Positions 28,605 through 39,368 of a DNA stretch of 64,000 nucleotides are shown in pieces. The first letter of the stretch is position 1; each line of letters starts with the position of its first letter. A program made the translations under genes and the position numbers. Under the pieces are notes generated by a model that worked only from the letters and a program-made list of their open reading frames with translations, had not been told where the DNA came from and made no database searches. Source of the DNA: Acholeplasmataceae bacterium. GTDB taxonomy: Bacteria > Bacillota_I > Bacilli_A > Acholeplasmatales > Acholeplasmataceae. The stretch spans positions 1,408,001 to 1,472,000 of the forward strand of contig OY775910.1 in NCBI GenBank assembly GCA_963675245.1. The letters are read 5' to 3'.

Positions 28605-31307
28605 ATGAATTACAAAGACACATTACACATGCCGAAAACAGATTTTCCAATGCGTGGAAATCTTGGGCAAAAAGAACCCGAGATGCAAAAGCACTGGGAA
28701 GAATTAAAATTATACGAAGAAAATTTAAAGAAAAATGAAGGAAATCCATCGTTTATCTTACATGATGGGCCACCATATGCGAATGGTGATATTCACTTAG
28801 GGCATGCACTAAATAAAATCTTAAAGGATTTTGTTTTGCGTTATCAAACCATGCTTGGTAAATACACAAGATACATTCCAGGTTGGGATACGCATGGTCT
28901 TCCGATTGAAACCGCACTAGCTAAAAAAGGTGTAAAACGTAAAGAATTAGAACTTTATGAATACCGAGAACTATGTTATCAGTATGCGATGGAACAAGTT
29001 GAAAGACAAAAAGAACAATTCAAAAGACTTGGTGTTTTAGGCGAATGGGATAAGCCATATATCACTTTAACAGCTGATTATGAAGAAAGACAAATTAATG
29101 TATTTGCTAAAATGGTTGAAAGAGGTTTAATCTATAAAGGATTAAAACCTGTTTATTGGTCACCATCTAGTGAATCTGCATTAGCAGAAGCAGAAATTGA
29201 ATATCAAGATCATACATCAACCTCTATTTATGTTGCTTTTCCAGCTGATTCAAACAATCCATTATTAAAAGATGCACATTACATTATTTGGACGACAACA
29301 CCTTGGACGATTCCTGCAAATTTAGCGATTGCAGTTCATCCTAAAATGGCGTATGCAATCTTTACTGTCAATGGTAAAAAGTATGTTGCTGCACAAGAGT
29401 TACTCAGTAAATTAGCATCTGATTTTGGATGGGATGCTTACGATGTTGTTAAGACCCTATTTGGTAAAGATCTAGAATTGGAAAGATATGTACATCCCCT
29501 TTATGGACGTGTTTCTCCAGTTATCCTTGGTGATCATGTCACTGCTGAAGATGGTTCAGGACTTGTTCATACAGCCCCTGGTCATGGTGATGATGACTAT
29601 AAAGTAGGTCGTCAATATAATCTAGACATTCTAAGTCCTGTTGATCATCGTGGTTTTATGACTGCAGAAGCAGGTAAAAAGTTTGAAGGGCTGTTCTACG
29701 AAGAAGCTAACGATAAAATAGTTGAAGCACTAGAGGAACAAGGAGTTCTATTAAAAGCACAGAAATTTTCACATTCATACCCACATGACTGGCGAACTAA
29801 AAAACCAGTTATCTTCAGAGCGACGCCTCAATGGTTCGCATCTATATCCAAACTAAAAAAAGAGTTATTAGAAGAAGTTAAAAAGGTTAGTTGGTTACCT
29901 ACATGGGGTGAAGTTAGATTAGCAAACATGGTACAAAACCGAGAAGACTGGGTCATTTCAAGACAACGTGCATGGGGTGTTCCAATTCCTGCTTTTTATG
30001 CTGAAAATGGTGACGCAATCCTCGACCCTGTTATTATTAAGCATGTTGCTAAACTATTTGGAGAACACGGTTCAAATGTTTGGTATAAGTGGGAAGCGAA
30101 TGATTTACTTCCTAAAGGATTTAAACATCCTTCAAGTCCAAATGGTATCTTCAAAAAAGAAATGGATATTATGGATGTTTGGTTTGATTCTGGGACATCA
30201 CATCAATTGATGGAAGCACGCGGTGAAAGCTATCCAGCAGATTTATATTTAGAAGGTTCTGATCAATATCGTGGTTGGTTTAATTCATCACTCATAACTG
30301 GGGTTGCTGCTTTTGGTAAAGCACCATATAAAAAAGTTGTTTCACATGGTTTTACGTTAGACCCACAAGGTAGAAAAATGAGTAAATCTTTAGGTAATAC
30401 AGTAGATCCAATCAAAGTGATGAAACAACAAGGGGCAGATTTACTACGTTTATGGGTCGCATCTGTTGATTATCAAGCAGACGTTAAAAATTCTAATGAA
30501 CTCATGGTTCAGATTGCTGAAAGTTACAGAAAAATTAGAAATACATTTAGATTTATGCTTGCGAATATCAGCGATTTTAATCCTGAAGAAGATTTTATCG
30601 GATATTCTATGCGCGGTAATTTAAATCGTGTCATGACTATTAAGTATGAAGCACTTAAAAAAGCAATCTTAGACGCGTATGATAATTATCAATTTGATCA
30701 TGTTACACGGCTTGTGATGCCATTTATGATCAATGATTTATCCGCTTATTATCTTGACTATACAAAAGATATCCTCTATATTGAAGGTAAGAAATCTTTT
30801 GAACGTTTAAGTGTTCAATCAACAATCTATGAAATCTTATACGGTTTACTTGTTTTATTAACACCAATTATGCCTCATACGACATCAGAAGCGTATGCTT
30901 ATTTACCAGGTCCTAAAGAAAAAGATGTTTACTTAGAACGTATGCCAGAAAACTACGTTCATGAAAATAAGCCATTAATGGACGCATTTAACGAATTTGA
31001 AACAGTTAGAACTGCTATACTTAAAGTACTAGAAGATGCGAGAGCAGAAAAAGTAATTGGTAAATCACTTCAAGCAAAAGTGTCATTATCTGTGACTCAA
31101 GCTCAGATGGATGCAATCAATTATTTAGATATGAAACTTCATCAAGTGTTAATCGTTTCATCAGTTGATGTAAAGGTTAGTGATCAACTCGCTATTGAAG
31201 TGAGCGTAGCTGAAGGTGAAACTTGTGCTCGCTGTTGGAATGTCGTTGATCATGTGCATGATGATGAACTTTGTGATCGTTGCCATCACATTTTAGAAGG
31301 AGAATAA
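28605..31307 (+). CDS. ileS: Isoleucine--tRNA ligase
   Basis: GPPYANGDIHLGH, WTTTPWT, KMSKS, C-terminal CxRC..CxRC. Confidence 0.97.
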   Translation: MNYKDTLHMPKTDFPMRGNLGQKEPEMQKHWEELKLYEENLKKNEGNPSFILHDGPPYANGDIHLGHALNKILKDFVLRYQTMLGKYTRYIPGWDTHGLPIETALAKKGVKRKELELYEYRELCYQYAMEQVERQKEQFKRLGVLGEWDKPYITLTADYEERQINVFAKMVERGLIYKGLKPVYWSPSSESALAEAEIEYQDHTSTSIYVAFPADSNNPLLKDAHYIIWTTTPWTIPANLAIAVHPKMAYAIFTVNGKKYVAAQELLSKLASDFGWDAYDVVKTLFGKDLELERYVHPLYGRVSPVILGDHVTAEDGSGLVHTAPGHGDDDYKVGRQYNLDILSPVDHRGFMTAEAGKKFEGLFYEEANDKIVEALEEQGVLLKAQKFSHSYPHDWRTKKPVIFRATPQWFASISKLKKELLEEVKKVSWLPTWGEVRLANMVQNREDWVISRQRAWGVPIPAFYAENGDAILDPVIIKHVAKLFGEHGSNVWYKWEANDLLPKGFKHPSSPNGIFKKEMDIMDVWFDSGTSHQLMEARGESYPADLYLEGSDQYRGWFNSSLITGVAAFGKAPYKKVVSHGFTLDPQGRKMSKSLGNTVDPIKVMKQQGADLLRLWVASVDYQADVKNSNELMVQIAESYRKIRNTFRFMLANISDFNPEEDFIGYSMRGNLNRVMTIKYEALKKAILDAYDNYQFDHVTRLVMPFMINDLSAYYLDYTKDILYIEGKKSFERLSVQSTIYEILYGLLVLLTPIMPHTTSEAYAYLPGPKEKDVYLERMPENYVHENKPLMDAFNEFETVRTAILKVLEDARAEKVIGKSLQAKVSLSVTQAQMDAINYLDMKLHQVLIVSSVDVKVSDQLAIEVSVAEGETCARCWNVVDHVHDDELCDRCHHILEGE

Positions 31308-31308
31308 A

Positions 31309-32040
31309 ATGAATATACTAGTTGTTAATGATGACGGCTATCAAGCCGAAGGATTAGCATTACTTGTTAGAGCATTATCACCTTTTGGTAATCTTTATGT
31401 GTCTGCACCAAAAAATCACCAAAGTGGTATGAGTCAAGCGATTACGTTTAATCGTCGTATTGATACATTTATGATTGAACCAATGCATGGTACATTAGCG
31501 ACATTAGTTGTTGATGGGACACCTGTTGACTCAGTAAGACTAGGTTTAAAGTTGTTTGATGTTGATTTTGATCTTGTTGTATCAGGTATCAATTACGGAC
31601 AAAATATTGCAAAAGACATCTTATATTCTGGAACGGTTGCAGCGGCATATGAAGCGAAGATACTAGGTATAGATGCGATTGCTATATCAGCAGCTAGAAC
31701 AGATTTAAGTTATTTATATGATGAAACGATTAAACTAATGGATGAAATATTAGAAACTGGTATTTATAAAGGTTCTGGTATTCTTAATATTAATTTTCCA
31801 AGAGCAGACTATCAAAAACCTAAAGGTGTTAAAATCACAAGGCAAGGTGAACGTTATCAACATGCTGAATATGTGAAAAGTGAAACACCTGACAGTTATC
31901 ATGTCAAGAGTTCTATTATTCAGTATGAAGAGCATGTAGATTCTGATGTAGAAGCCTATGAAACAGGCTTTATATCAATAACGCCACTTATGATTAACAG
32001 AACAGATGAAGCAAGAATAATTGACATTATGGGCGAATAA
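31309..32040 (+). CDS. surE: 5'/3'-nucleotidase SurE
   Basis: NILVVNDDG, GTPVD, SGINYG, YSGTVAAA. Confidence 0.92.
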   Translation: MNILVVNDDGYQAEGLALLVRALSPFGNLYVSAPKNHQSGMSQAITFNRRIDTFMIEPMHGTLATLVVDGTPVDSVRLGLKLFDVDFDLVVSGINYGQNIAKDILYSGTVAAAYEAKILGIDAIAISAARTDLSYLYDETIKLMDEILETGIYKGSGILNINFPRADYQKPKGVKITRQGERYQHAEYVKSETPDSYHVKSSIIQYEEHVDSDVEAYETGFISITPLMINRTDEARIIDIMGE

Positions 32041-32051
32041 TCGCCCATTTT
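32029..32051 (+). terminator. Intrinsic terminator
   Basis: ATGGGCGA-ataa-TCGCCCAT followed by TTT. Confidence 0.6.
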
Positions 32052-32084
32052 GTGATAAAATAACATTATAAAGGTGGTGGGGTA

Positions 32085-32939
32085 ATGGCACAATTTAACG
32101 TGCATTTCTTTAAAGAAAAAAGCCGTCATATTGATATTGAAGTTGTCATTGATTTTTTTGAAAATATCGAAGGTGTCACAACAGATATGGATGAGTCGAG
32201 CGTTCGTTTTTTATACACACATCCACATTTACCATACCAAGCACTTTTTATCATCACACCTAAATCTCAAGTGCCTGATATATATCGTTTAAATCCACGT
32301 TTTCTTGACGTGAATTTTCATATGGAAATGCCAATATTAACACCAAATTATATCGCAAAAGACGTATTTGAAGTGATTAAAAAAGTTTGTGATAAATTTG
32401 ATTTTCACATTTATAATGAAATGTTTGAAGATGTATTGGCATTTAAAATGGAACTACTAGATAAAGTATTTCATATGTTGAAGGATGCTTATGTAGAAAA
32501 GAATCCTGTACTTTTAAATGATTATTTTGTGATGCCGACTGATAAACTTACAGCAATCTATCGCTATTTAGATGATATTGTAGAATTACAGAAATATTAT
32601 AAGGAACTTGATACTTATGTACCGAAATATCATTTTTTATCTGTAGAAAATCATCATATGACAATTGGCATTGAATGGAATGAACAAACCTTAACTGTTT
32701 TTCCACCTTATATAGACTATGTTTTTTACAGGTTGAATGGAGAAATTATAGTCTTGGTTGCTGAAGAAGTATTATCAGTGTTAGATAAATTCTTAACGGA
32801 TGTACCTGGATTTATAAGAGGTACAAAAGTACTCACCAAAAAATGGCTTCGTAAAGCTCATAAAGTGATGAAAAAGTATAAGTTTTCAAAAGTTGATCAC
32901 ACGTTTACAAAACAAAATGTAAAGAAATTACTTGATTAG
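32085..32939 (+). CDS. Hypothetical cytoplasmic protein
   Basis: 284-aa ORF with RBS AAGGTGG; no motif recognised. Confidence 0.75.
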   Translation: MAQFNVHFFKEKSRHIDIEVVIDFFENIEGVTTDMDESSVRFLYTHPHLPYQALFIITPKSQVPDIYRLNPRFLDVNFHMEMPILTPNYIAKDVFEVIKKVCDKFDFHIYNEMFEDVLAFKMELLDKVFHMLKDAYVEKNPVLLNDYFVMPTDKLTAIYRYLDDIVELQKYYKELDTYVPKYHFLSVENHHMTIGIEWNEQTLTVFPPYIDYVFYRLNGEIIVLVAEEVLSVLDKFLTDVPGFIRGTKVLTKKWLRKAHKVMKKYKFSKVDHTFTKQNVKKLLD

Positions 32940-32942
32940 AAG

Positions 32943-33587
32943 ATGAAATATTTTAAACATATATTAGGATTTACACTGATTTCTTTTGGTATCGTTGGCA
33001 TTATTAGAGCGAGATTAGGAGCATCTCCAATAGATGCATTTAACGTTTTCTTACATACAATATTAGCTAACAATGGTATTAATGTTACTTTAGGTACTGT
33101 CGTCTTTGTGATGGGTGTGTTTGCAACCATATTGACCTATGTCTTAACCAAAGATAAAAAATTAATTTATAGTTTCTTATTTTTATTATGCTTAAGTGTT
33201 TTTGTCGATGGTTGGAATTATCTTTATGGATTAATACCCAGTGAGATATTAACACATATGGCATATCGTGTCACAAGTGCAATATTGGTCTTTTTTATCA
33301 TGTGTTATGGGGTTGCTTTAACGTTACTTAGTGGTTTGCCAACACTTCCCTATGAAAGATTACTGTTACACATTGATAAAAATATCCATAATATATCAAT
33401 ATCGAAAATATTTATTGATGGTACATTCTTTATTGGTGCCATCGTCTTAGGATTAATCTTAGGTATTGAACATTTATTTGAACAAGTATTCATTATGACA
33501 TTTGTGATTGCATTTTTCACTGGTGTCGTTGTAAAATTCTTTATCAAAAAAATTAAAAAAGGAGTTGTAAATCATGAAACTCAATAA
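32943..33587 (+). CDS. YczE/YyaS/YitT family membrane protein
   Basis: LGASPIDA and two pseudo-repeated TM bundles. Confidence 0.75.
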   Translation: MKYFKHILGFTLISFGIVGIIRARLGASPIDAFNVFLHTILANNGINVTLGTVVFVMGVFATILTYVLTKDKKLIYSFLFLLCLSVFVDGWNYLYGLIPSEILTHMAYRVTSAILVFFIMCYGVALTLLSGLPTLPYERLLLHIDKNIHNISISKIFIDGTFFIGAIVLGLILGIEHLFEQVFIMTFVIAFFTGVVVKFFIKKIKKGVVNHETQ

Positions 33588-34245
33588 AATGATAGATCAT
33601 ACAAAGCTTGGCGCAAATGTAACAAAAGAACAGATTGATCAATTGGTTGAAGAAGCCATTGCATATGATTTTAAAAGTGTGTGTGTCAATCCTATTTGGG
33701 TCAAATATGTGGTTCATAAGTTAAGACATTCAAATGTTTTAACATGTACTGTCATTGGTTTTCCTCATGGGACTCACCAACCTAATGTCAAAGTCTTTGA
33801 AGCGGAACAAGCCATATTAGATGGTGCTGAAGAATTGGACATGGTCATTAATGTACATGCTTTAAAATCAAAGGATTATCACACGATTAAAGAAGAAATA
33901 AAAAGTATCGTTGACATCGCAGAAGAGAGATATGTTAAGGTGATATTAGAAACATGCTATTTAACAGATGAAGAAATCGTTAAAGCATGTGAAATAGCCG
34001 TTAAAGCTGGTGCTAACTTTGTAAAAACATCAACAGGATTTGGTTCTGCAGGTGCTACAGTTGAACATGTTAAGTTGATGAAACAAACTGTAGGTGATCA
34101 TGCAGAAGTAAAAGCAAGTGGTGGTGTTCGTACATATGCAGATGCCGTAAAAATGGTTAATGCAGGAGCGACGCGCATCGGAACATCTAACGGTGTACAA
34201 ATCGTAACAGGAGGAGATACAAATGATTCCGACAGCTCATATTGA
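33574..34245 (+). CDS. deoC: Deoxyribose-phosphate aldolase
   Basis: IDHT, VIGFPHG, FVKTSTGF, VKASGG, RIGTS. Confidence 0.96.
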   Translation: MKLNKMIDHTKLGANVTKEQIDQLVEEAIAYDFKSVCVNPIWVKYVVHKLRHSNVLTCTVIGFPHGTHQPNVKVFEAEQAILDGAEELDMVINVHALKSKDYHTIKEEIKSIVDIAEERYVKVILETCYLTDEEIVKACEIAVKAGANFVKTSTGFGSAGATVEHVKLMKQTVGDHAEVKASGGVRTYADAVKMVNAGATRIGTSNGVQIVTGGDTNDSDSSY

Positions 34246-34933
34246 ACTAAAAGACCCAACTTTAATTGCAAAAACAGTTTTAATGCCTGGTGATCCTTTA
34301 AGGGCAAAATATATTGCAGACACGTATCTTAAAAATGTCGTTCAAATTAATGGCGTGAGAAATATGTTAGGTTATACAGGTTATTTTGGACGTAAGAAAG
34401 TGACTGTGTTTGGTTCTGGCATGGGGATGCCTTCTATAGGTATTTATAGTTATGAATTATTTAATTTTTACGATGTAGATAAAATCATTCGCATTGGTTC
34501 TTGTGGTGCATACGATCCAGATCTTAAACTCTTTGATGTTTTACTCGTTGAACAAGCATATTCAGAATCAACATATGCAAAGACTTTGGGTTTAAAAGGT
34601 AGTCACACAATTAAAGCCAATCGTGCATTAAATAATCGTATTTTAAAAGCAAGTGAAGAAACAGGCATTAAAGTAAAACCTGTGACCATTCATTCATCTG
34701 ATGTCTTCTACAGACTCAATCCTAGTGTATGGAAAGATATCAGAGAAAAACATCATACAGCAGCCGTTGAAATGGAAAGCTTTGCACTATTCGCTAATGC
34801 AAAAGCATCAAAGAAGAAGGCAGCATGTATTTTAACCGTTTCTGATTCACTTGTAACACATGAAGCAACAACTGCTCAAGAAAGACAAGAAGCATTCACT
34901 AAAATGATGGAAGTGGCATTACATTCAATCTAA
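34223..34933 (+). CDS. deoD: Purine-nucleoside phosphorylase
   Basis: MPGDPLRA, GMGMPS, RIGSCG, VEMES. Confidence 0.95.
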   Translation: MIPTAHIELKDPTLIAKTVLMPGDPLRAKYIADTYLKNVVQINGVRNMLGYTGYFGRKKVTVFGSGMGMPSIGIYSYELFNFYDVDKIIRIGSCGAYDPDLKLFDVLLVEQAYSESTYAKTLGLKGSHTIKANRALNNRILKASEETGIKVKPVTIHSSDVFYRLNPSVWKDIREKHHTAAVEMESFALFANAKASKKKAACILTVSDSLVTHEATTAQERQEAFTKMMEVALHSI

Positions 34934-36132
34934 TGGATATTATTAAAAATGATTTTAAGACGATTCAATTGGTTTGCTATAATAGCGCTATTGATACGAA
35001 AGAAACACGTGTATATCGCTATTTACTATCAAAGTTAATTGTCTCTCATACAAACAAATATAAAACAAAACTAGACATGTCAATCCGTCTAGAAGCGCTC
35101 TATGGGGCGCTTCTTTCTGCAAGAACAGAACTAAATGGAAATATCAACACATTAGGTATTTCTCTAACAATTGCTGATCCGAAAATAGTCGGTGATGACC
35201 ACCTTTTAGAAGAAACCATCACATTTTTTAAAGATATCATCTATGATCATGATTTCTTTGATGAAGCTATTTTTAATGATGAAAAACGTCTTCTAATTGA
35301 ACAATGGCAATCGTTAAAAGATAATAAAGCTGCTTATGCGAACCACCGTTTTTCAGAGTTATTTAGAAAACCAGACCTATCTGGCTTTCCATTGTCAGGT
35401 ACCTTATCACAAATTAGAAAAGCTACCCCGGAAGGACTTTTTCAATATTATAAAGATGTATATTTGAATGAGGATTTTCATCTAATAGCGAACGGCAATA
35501 TCAATCAATTTGATGAAACTCAAATTCTACATAAAAATCATGTTAAAAAGGATTTACCTTTTGAAACGTCGTTTAGAAAAACACACCCACTCATAGAAAT
35601 CGAAGAAGAAACAGATATGAATCAAGCGATGATAAAATTTGGTTATATTTTTCCAATCTATCGTTTTGATCAATCTTATGCGTCTGCATTGCTTGCTAAC
35701 GTGATTATTGGTGGTTATCCTGAATCAAGATTGTTTAAAGAAATTAGAGAAAAACAAGCATTGTGTTACGATATCAGTTCCAATTATGATGTCTATAAAG
35801 GGACGTTCGTTATTTCAAGTGGAGTTGCAATTGATATGCTTGATAAGGCCAAAAAATCAATTAATGACTTGATTAATGAAACAATTCAAAATGGTATTTC
35901 AGAAGACGAATTAGTCACCGCTAAAGGTTACGTGGTTCATCAATTAAAAGCTGGATTAGATCATCAATCCTATTTCACAAAACGTGCATATTATGCGTAT
36001 TTAACAACGGTCGATGAATCGATTGAATCACGTATAGAAGCTCTTTCTTTCACGACGGTTGATGATGTGAATAACGCGATCAAACAATTAAAACTTGATA
36101 CCATTTATGTCTTAAAAGGAGTCATGTCATGA
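34933..36132 (+). CDS. M16 peptidase family, non-catalytic subunit (YmfF-like)
   Basis: SRLFKEIREKQALCY C-domain; no HxxEH. Confidence 0.8.
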   Translation: MDIIKNDFKTIQLVCYNSAIDTKETRVYRYLLSKLIVSHTNKYKTKLDMSIRLEALYGALLSARTELNGNINTLGISLTIADPKIVGDDHLLEETITFFKDIIYDHDFFDEAIFNDEKRLLIEQWQSLKDNKAAYANHRFSELFRKPDLSGFPLSGTLSQIRKATPEGLFQYYKDVYLNEDFHLIANGNINQFDETQILHKNHVKKDLPFETSFRKTHPLIEIEEETDMNQAMIKFGYIFPIYRFDQSYASALLANVIIGGYPESRLFKEIREKQALCYDISSNYDVYKGTFVISSGVAIDMLDKAKKSINDLINETIQNGISEDELVTAKGYVVHQLKAGLDHQSYFTKRAYYAYLTTVDESIESRIEALSFTTVDDVNNAIKQLKLDTIYVLKGVMS

Positions 36133-37403
36133 AACATACATACTACAAAGAAGCCAATGAACATGTCTATACTTTTAAGTTAAAAAACGGTATGCGAGTC
36201 CATTTATTGCCTAAAGATGAACCCTCTTATTTAACATATGCAGAAGTATCGATTCCGTTTGGTAATTTCGCATTAAAATTTCAAACAGATCAAGGACTCT
36301 ATGAGCTACCTGCTGGTACTGCTCATTTCTTGGAACATAAAATATTCGCAATGCCAGATGGCAATGACGGTTTTCAAATGTTCACACAACTTGGTACGGA
36401 TGCGAACGCCATGACTGGATATTCTCAAACATCTTATTTATTTTCAGCAACTGATAATGTTGATAAAGCATTAATACACATGCTTAATATGCTTGATACA
36501 ACGCACTTTACGGAAGAAAATGTCAATTCTGAAAGATTGATTATTGGCGAAGAAATAAAAATGTATTTAGATGATCCTCAAACAGAAATGATGAACCACT
36601 TGACGAATAATATGTATGAAAATCATCCGATAAAAGAAGATATTGGTGGCACATTAGAATCAATCAAAGAAATTACACCTCAAACGCTATCAGATGCGCA
36701 TCGCTATTTTTATCAACCATCTAATCGTTTGTTGGTCATGTCAGGTAAAATTGATGTCAAACATATCTATAAGGTTCTAAAAGCTTATGATCATGACGTT
36801 GTCAAAGAAAAAGTAAAAACAATCTATTCAAAAGAACCTAATCGTATTCTTATTAAACATGAAGTCATTGAAAAACCAATTCATATACCAAAAATTATGA
36901 TTGGTGTTAAACTAGTCCCTAAAAAAAGAAATCCAATTAATAGTATTAAAATTGAATTGGCATTCAGTTATTTAATGGGAATGCTATTTGGCAATTCTTC
37001 AAAATTAACGGAAACACTCATGAGAGAAGGATTAATTAACCAAAACTATTATTACGCACCTATTTTCGAAGAACACGCAGAAAGTCTACTTTTATATGCT
37101 GAAACAAAAAAACCCTTCTTATTAAAGCGCATCATCATTGATGCACTTGTTAATGGTAGTGATGACATCAATGAAGAAAACTTTGAAAGATTTAAAAAAG
37201 TGTCATTAGGTCAACATGTATTCGCACTAAATTCAATTGAATTTAAGGCACATCTTTATGGCAAGTATATTCATCAAAAAGCGAATTTGTTTGAGGCTAT
37301 TGACACCATGAGAGAGCTAACATTTGAAGATATCTTGGAAGCTAAAGCGCACATAAAGAAAAATAGAATTTCAACACTTATCTACAAAAAGGCTAAATCT
37401 TAG
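36129..37403 (+). CDS. M16 zinc peptidase (YmfH-like)
   Basis: GTAHFLEHKIF inverted zinc motif; ANAMT; IIGEEI. Confidence 0.88.
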   Translation: MKHTYYKEANEHVYTFKLKNGMRVHLLPKDEPSYLTYAEVSIPFGNFALKFQTDQGLYELPAGTAHFLEHKIFAMPDGNDGFQMFTQLGTDANAMTGYSQTSYLFSATDNVDKALIHMLNMLDTTHFTEENVNSERLIIGEEIKMYLDDPQTEMMNHLTNNMYENHPIKEDIGGTLESIKEITPQTLSDAHRYFYQPSNRLLVMSGKIDVKHIYKVLKAYDHDVVKEKVKTIYSKEPNRILIKHEVIEKPIHIPKIMIGVKLVPKKRNPINSIKIELAFSYLMGMLFGNSSKLTETLMREGLINQNYYYAPIFEEHAESLLLYAETKKPFLLKRIIIDALVNGSDDINEENFERFKKVSLGQHVFALNSIEFKAHLYGKYIHQKANLFEAIDTMRELTFEDILEAKAHIKKNRISTLIYKKAKS

Positions 37404-37412
37404 CCTTTTTTT
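37386..37412 (+). terminator. Intrinsic terminator
   Basis: AAAAAGGCTAA-atc-TTAGCCTTTTT. Confidence 0.75.
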
Positions 37413-37558
37413 TATAATGTCAGGTCAATCTTTTTTTAATGGAATCATACACTTAATTTTTTCATATCAAAAGGAAGCTTTAGTTATTGATGAGTACGAA
37501 ATTGACCATTAGATAATAGCGATCTTGCTCTGTATACTAACAGAAAAAAGGAGTTATT

Positions 37559-37894
37559 ATGTTAAATCAATTGATTATTATTGGTAGGCTAACAAGAGAT
37601 CCCGAAGTTAAGGTTTTAGATGATGGTAGAAAGGTAAGTGATATGACAATTGCAGTACAGAGAGCATTTAAGAATATGGATGGCAATTACGATACTGATT
37701 TCATTAGAGTCACTGTCTGGGAAGGCTTAGCAAGCGCGATTGAATCTTATTGCACAAAAGGAACGTTGATTGCTGTCAAAGCACGATTACAAACTTATAA
37801 ATATGAGCTTTCAGATGATAAAACGTTGAATATGCTTGAAGTGATTGCTGAACGGATTACATTCTTGTCTTCACCAAATCGAACAAATGAATAA
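37559..37894 (+). CDS. ssb: Short single-stranded DNA-binding protein (no acidic tail)
   Basis: MLNQLIIIGRLTRDPE, DTDFI, VIAERITFL OB fold; 111 aa. Confidence 0.9.
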   Translation: MLNQLIIIGRLTRDPEVKVLDDGRKVSDMTIAVQRAFKNMDGNYDTDFIRVTVWEGLASAIESYCTKGTLIAVKARLQTYKYELSDDKTLNMLEVIAERITFLSSPNRTNE

Positions 37895-37897
37895 CGG

Positions 37898-37936
37898 AAT
37901 GAAAAAAAGTCTAGAGAAATAGACTTTTTTCATTTT
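37898..37936 (+). terminator. Intrinsic terminator
   Basis: AATGAAAAAAAGTCTA / TAGACTTTTTTCATT. Confidence 0.75.
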
Positions 37937-37982
37937 CTATTGAGGCTATGGTTTGCTATAATGGGATATAGGAGATGATAAT

Positions 37983-39359
37983 ATGCCTTTCAATTTTAAA
38001 AAAGAAGTAGAACTTAGAAGAGAAGAAATCATTAGAGATCTAAAAGGGTTAATTCAAATTAATTCTGAATTAACGACATTTGATCCTAAAAGAGTGAATG
38101 CACCATTTGGTGAAGGTATTCAAGAAGCACTTATGTATATGTTAACTTTAGGCGAAAGAGATGGGTTTATTACTGAAAATGTCGATAATTATGCTGGTCA
38201 TATATTATTTGGTGAAAGCGACGATTATATCGGTTCAATTGGTCACTTAGATGTCGTTCCTGCTGGGACAGGCTGGCTTTATCCTGCCTATAGTGGGAAA
38301 GTGGTTGATGGCAAGATGTATGGTCGTGGTACTGAGGATGATAAAGGACCTACAATTGCATTTTATTATGCCATGAAAATATTAAAAGATTTAAATGTTC
38401 CACTATCTAAACAAATCAAGCTCGTTTTAGGTACAGATGAAGAAACCGCTTGGCGTGGTGTCGATTATTATTTTAAAAAATATCCTAAAATGCCAGTTGC
38501 AGGATTTATTCCAGATGCTGATTTTCCTCTTATCTATGCTGAAAAAGGGATTACAAGAATATATTTAGATGGTATCGATAAACCAACCATCATTAAAGAA
38601 TTACATGGCGGTTTAGCTGATAATATGGTACCAGAGTCTGCTTATGTCATTATCAGTGATACATCATTCGCACACGCATTTGAATCTTTTTTAAATCGTC
38701 ATCAATATCAAGGATCAGTTGAAACAGTTAAAGAAGGTATTAAATTAACTGTACATGGAAAGTCAGCACATGGTTCACTACCTCATCTAGGTGAAAATGC
38801 GATTGATCGTCTATTCGAATTTCTTATCTTATTAAAACTAGACTCTCATTTAGTTAAAATGTATGAAGCCTTATTGCTTAATGACTGGCCAGGTAAAAAA
38901 TTAGGTGTGGATTATGTGGATGAAGAAATGGGACCACTGACCAATAATGTTGGTAAAATTGATTTTGATGGTAAAACGTATCAAATCTCACTAAATTTAA
39001 GATACCCACATGGCGTTGTTTTAGATGACGTTCTCCAAAAAGGAAATGATTTATTAGCACCATATCAAGCCGTATTGAATTTAGATAAACATCATGAAGT
39101 GTTATATTTTGATCCACAATCTGAATTAGTCCAAACATTGATGTCTGTTTACAAAAAGCATACAGGAGAAGTGGAAGCGAAGCCAATTAATATTGGTGGT
39201 GGCACCTTTGCAAGAGTGATGAAAAATACGGTTGCTTTCGGACCACATTTTCTTGATAAACCAACATACATTCATCAAAAAAATGAATTTGTTGACCTAG
39301 AAGATTTCTTTAAAGCGGTAGTCATTTATACAGAAGCACTATACGAATTAGCTAAATAA
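37983..39359 (+). CDS. pepV: M20 dipeptidase PepV
   Basis: GHLDVVP, GRGTEDDKGP, GTDEE, GGGTFAR, HQKNE. Confidence 0.9.
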   Translation: MPFNFKKEVELRREEIIRDLKGLIQINSELTTFDPKRVNAPFGEGIQEALMYMLTLGERDGFITENVDNYAGHILFGESDDYIGSIGHLDVVPAGTGWLYPAYSGKVVDGKMYGRGTEDDKGPTIAFYYAMKILKDLNVPLSKQIKLVLGTDEETAWRGVDYYFKKYPKMPVAGFIPDADFPLIYAEKGITRIYLDGIDKPTIIKELHGGLADNMVPESAYVIISDTSFAHAFESFLNRHQYQGSVETVKEGIKLTVHGKSAHGSLPHLGENAIDRLFEFLILLKLDSHLVKMYEALLLNDWPGKKLGVDYVDEEMGPLTNNVGKIDFDGKTYQISLNLRYPHGVVLDDVLQKGNDLLAPYQAVLNLDKHHEVLYFDPQSELVQTLMSVYKKHTGEVEAKPINIGGGTFARVMKNTVAFGPHFLDKPTYIHQKNEFVDLEDFFKAVVIYTEALYELAK

Positions 39360-39368
39360 GGAGAAGGC

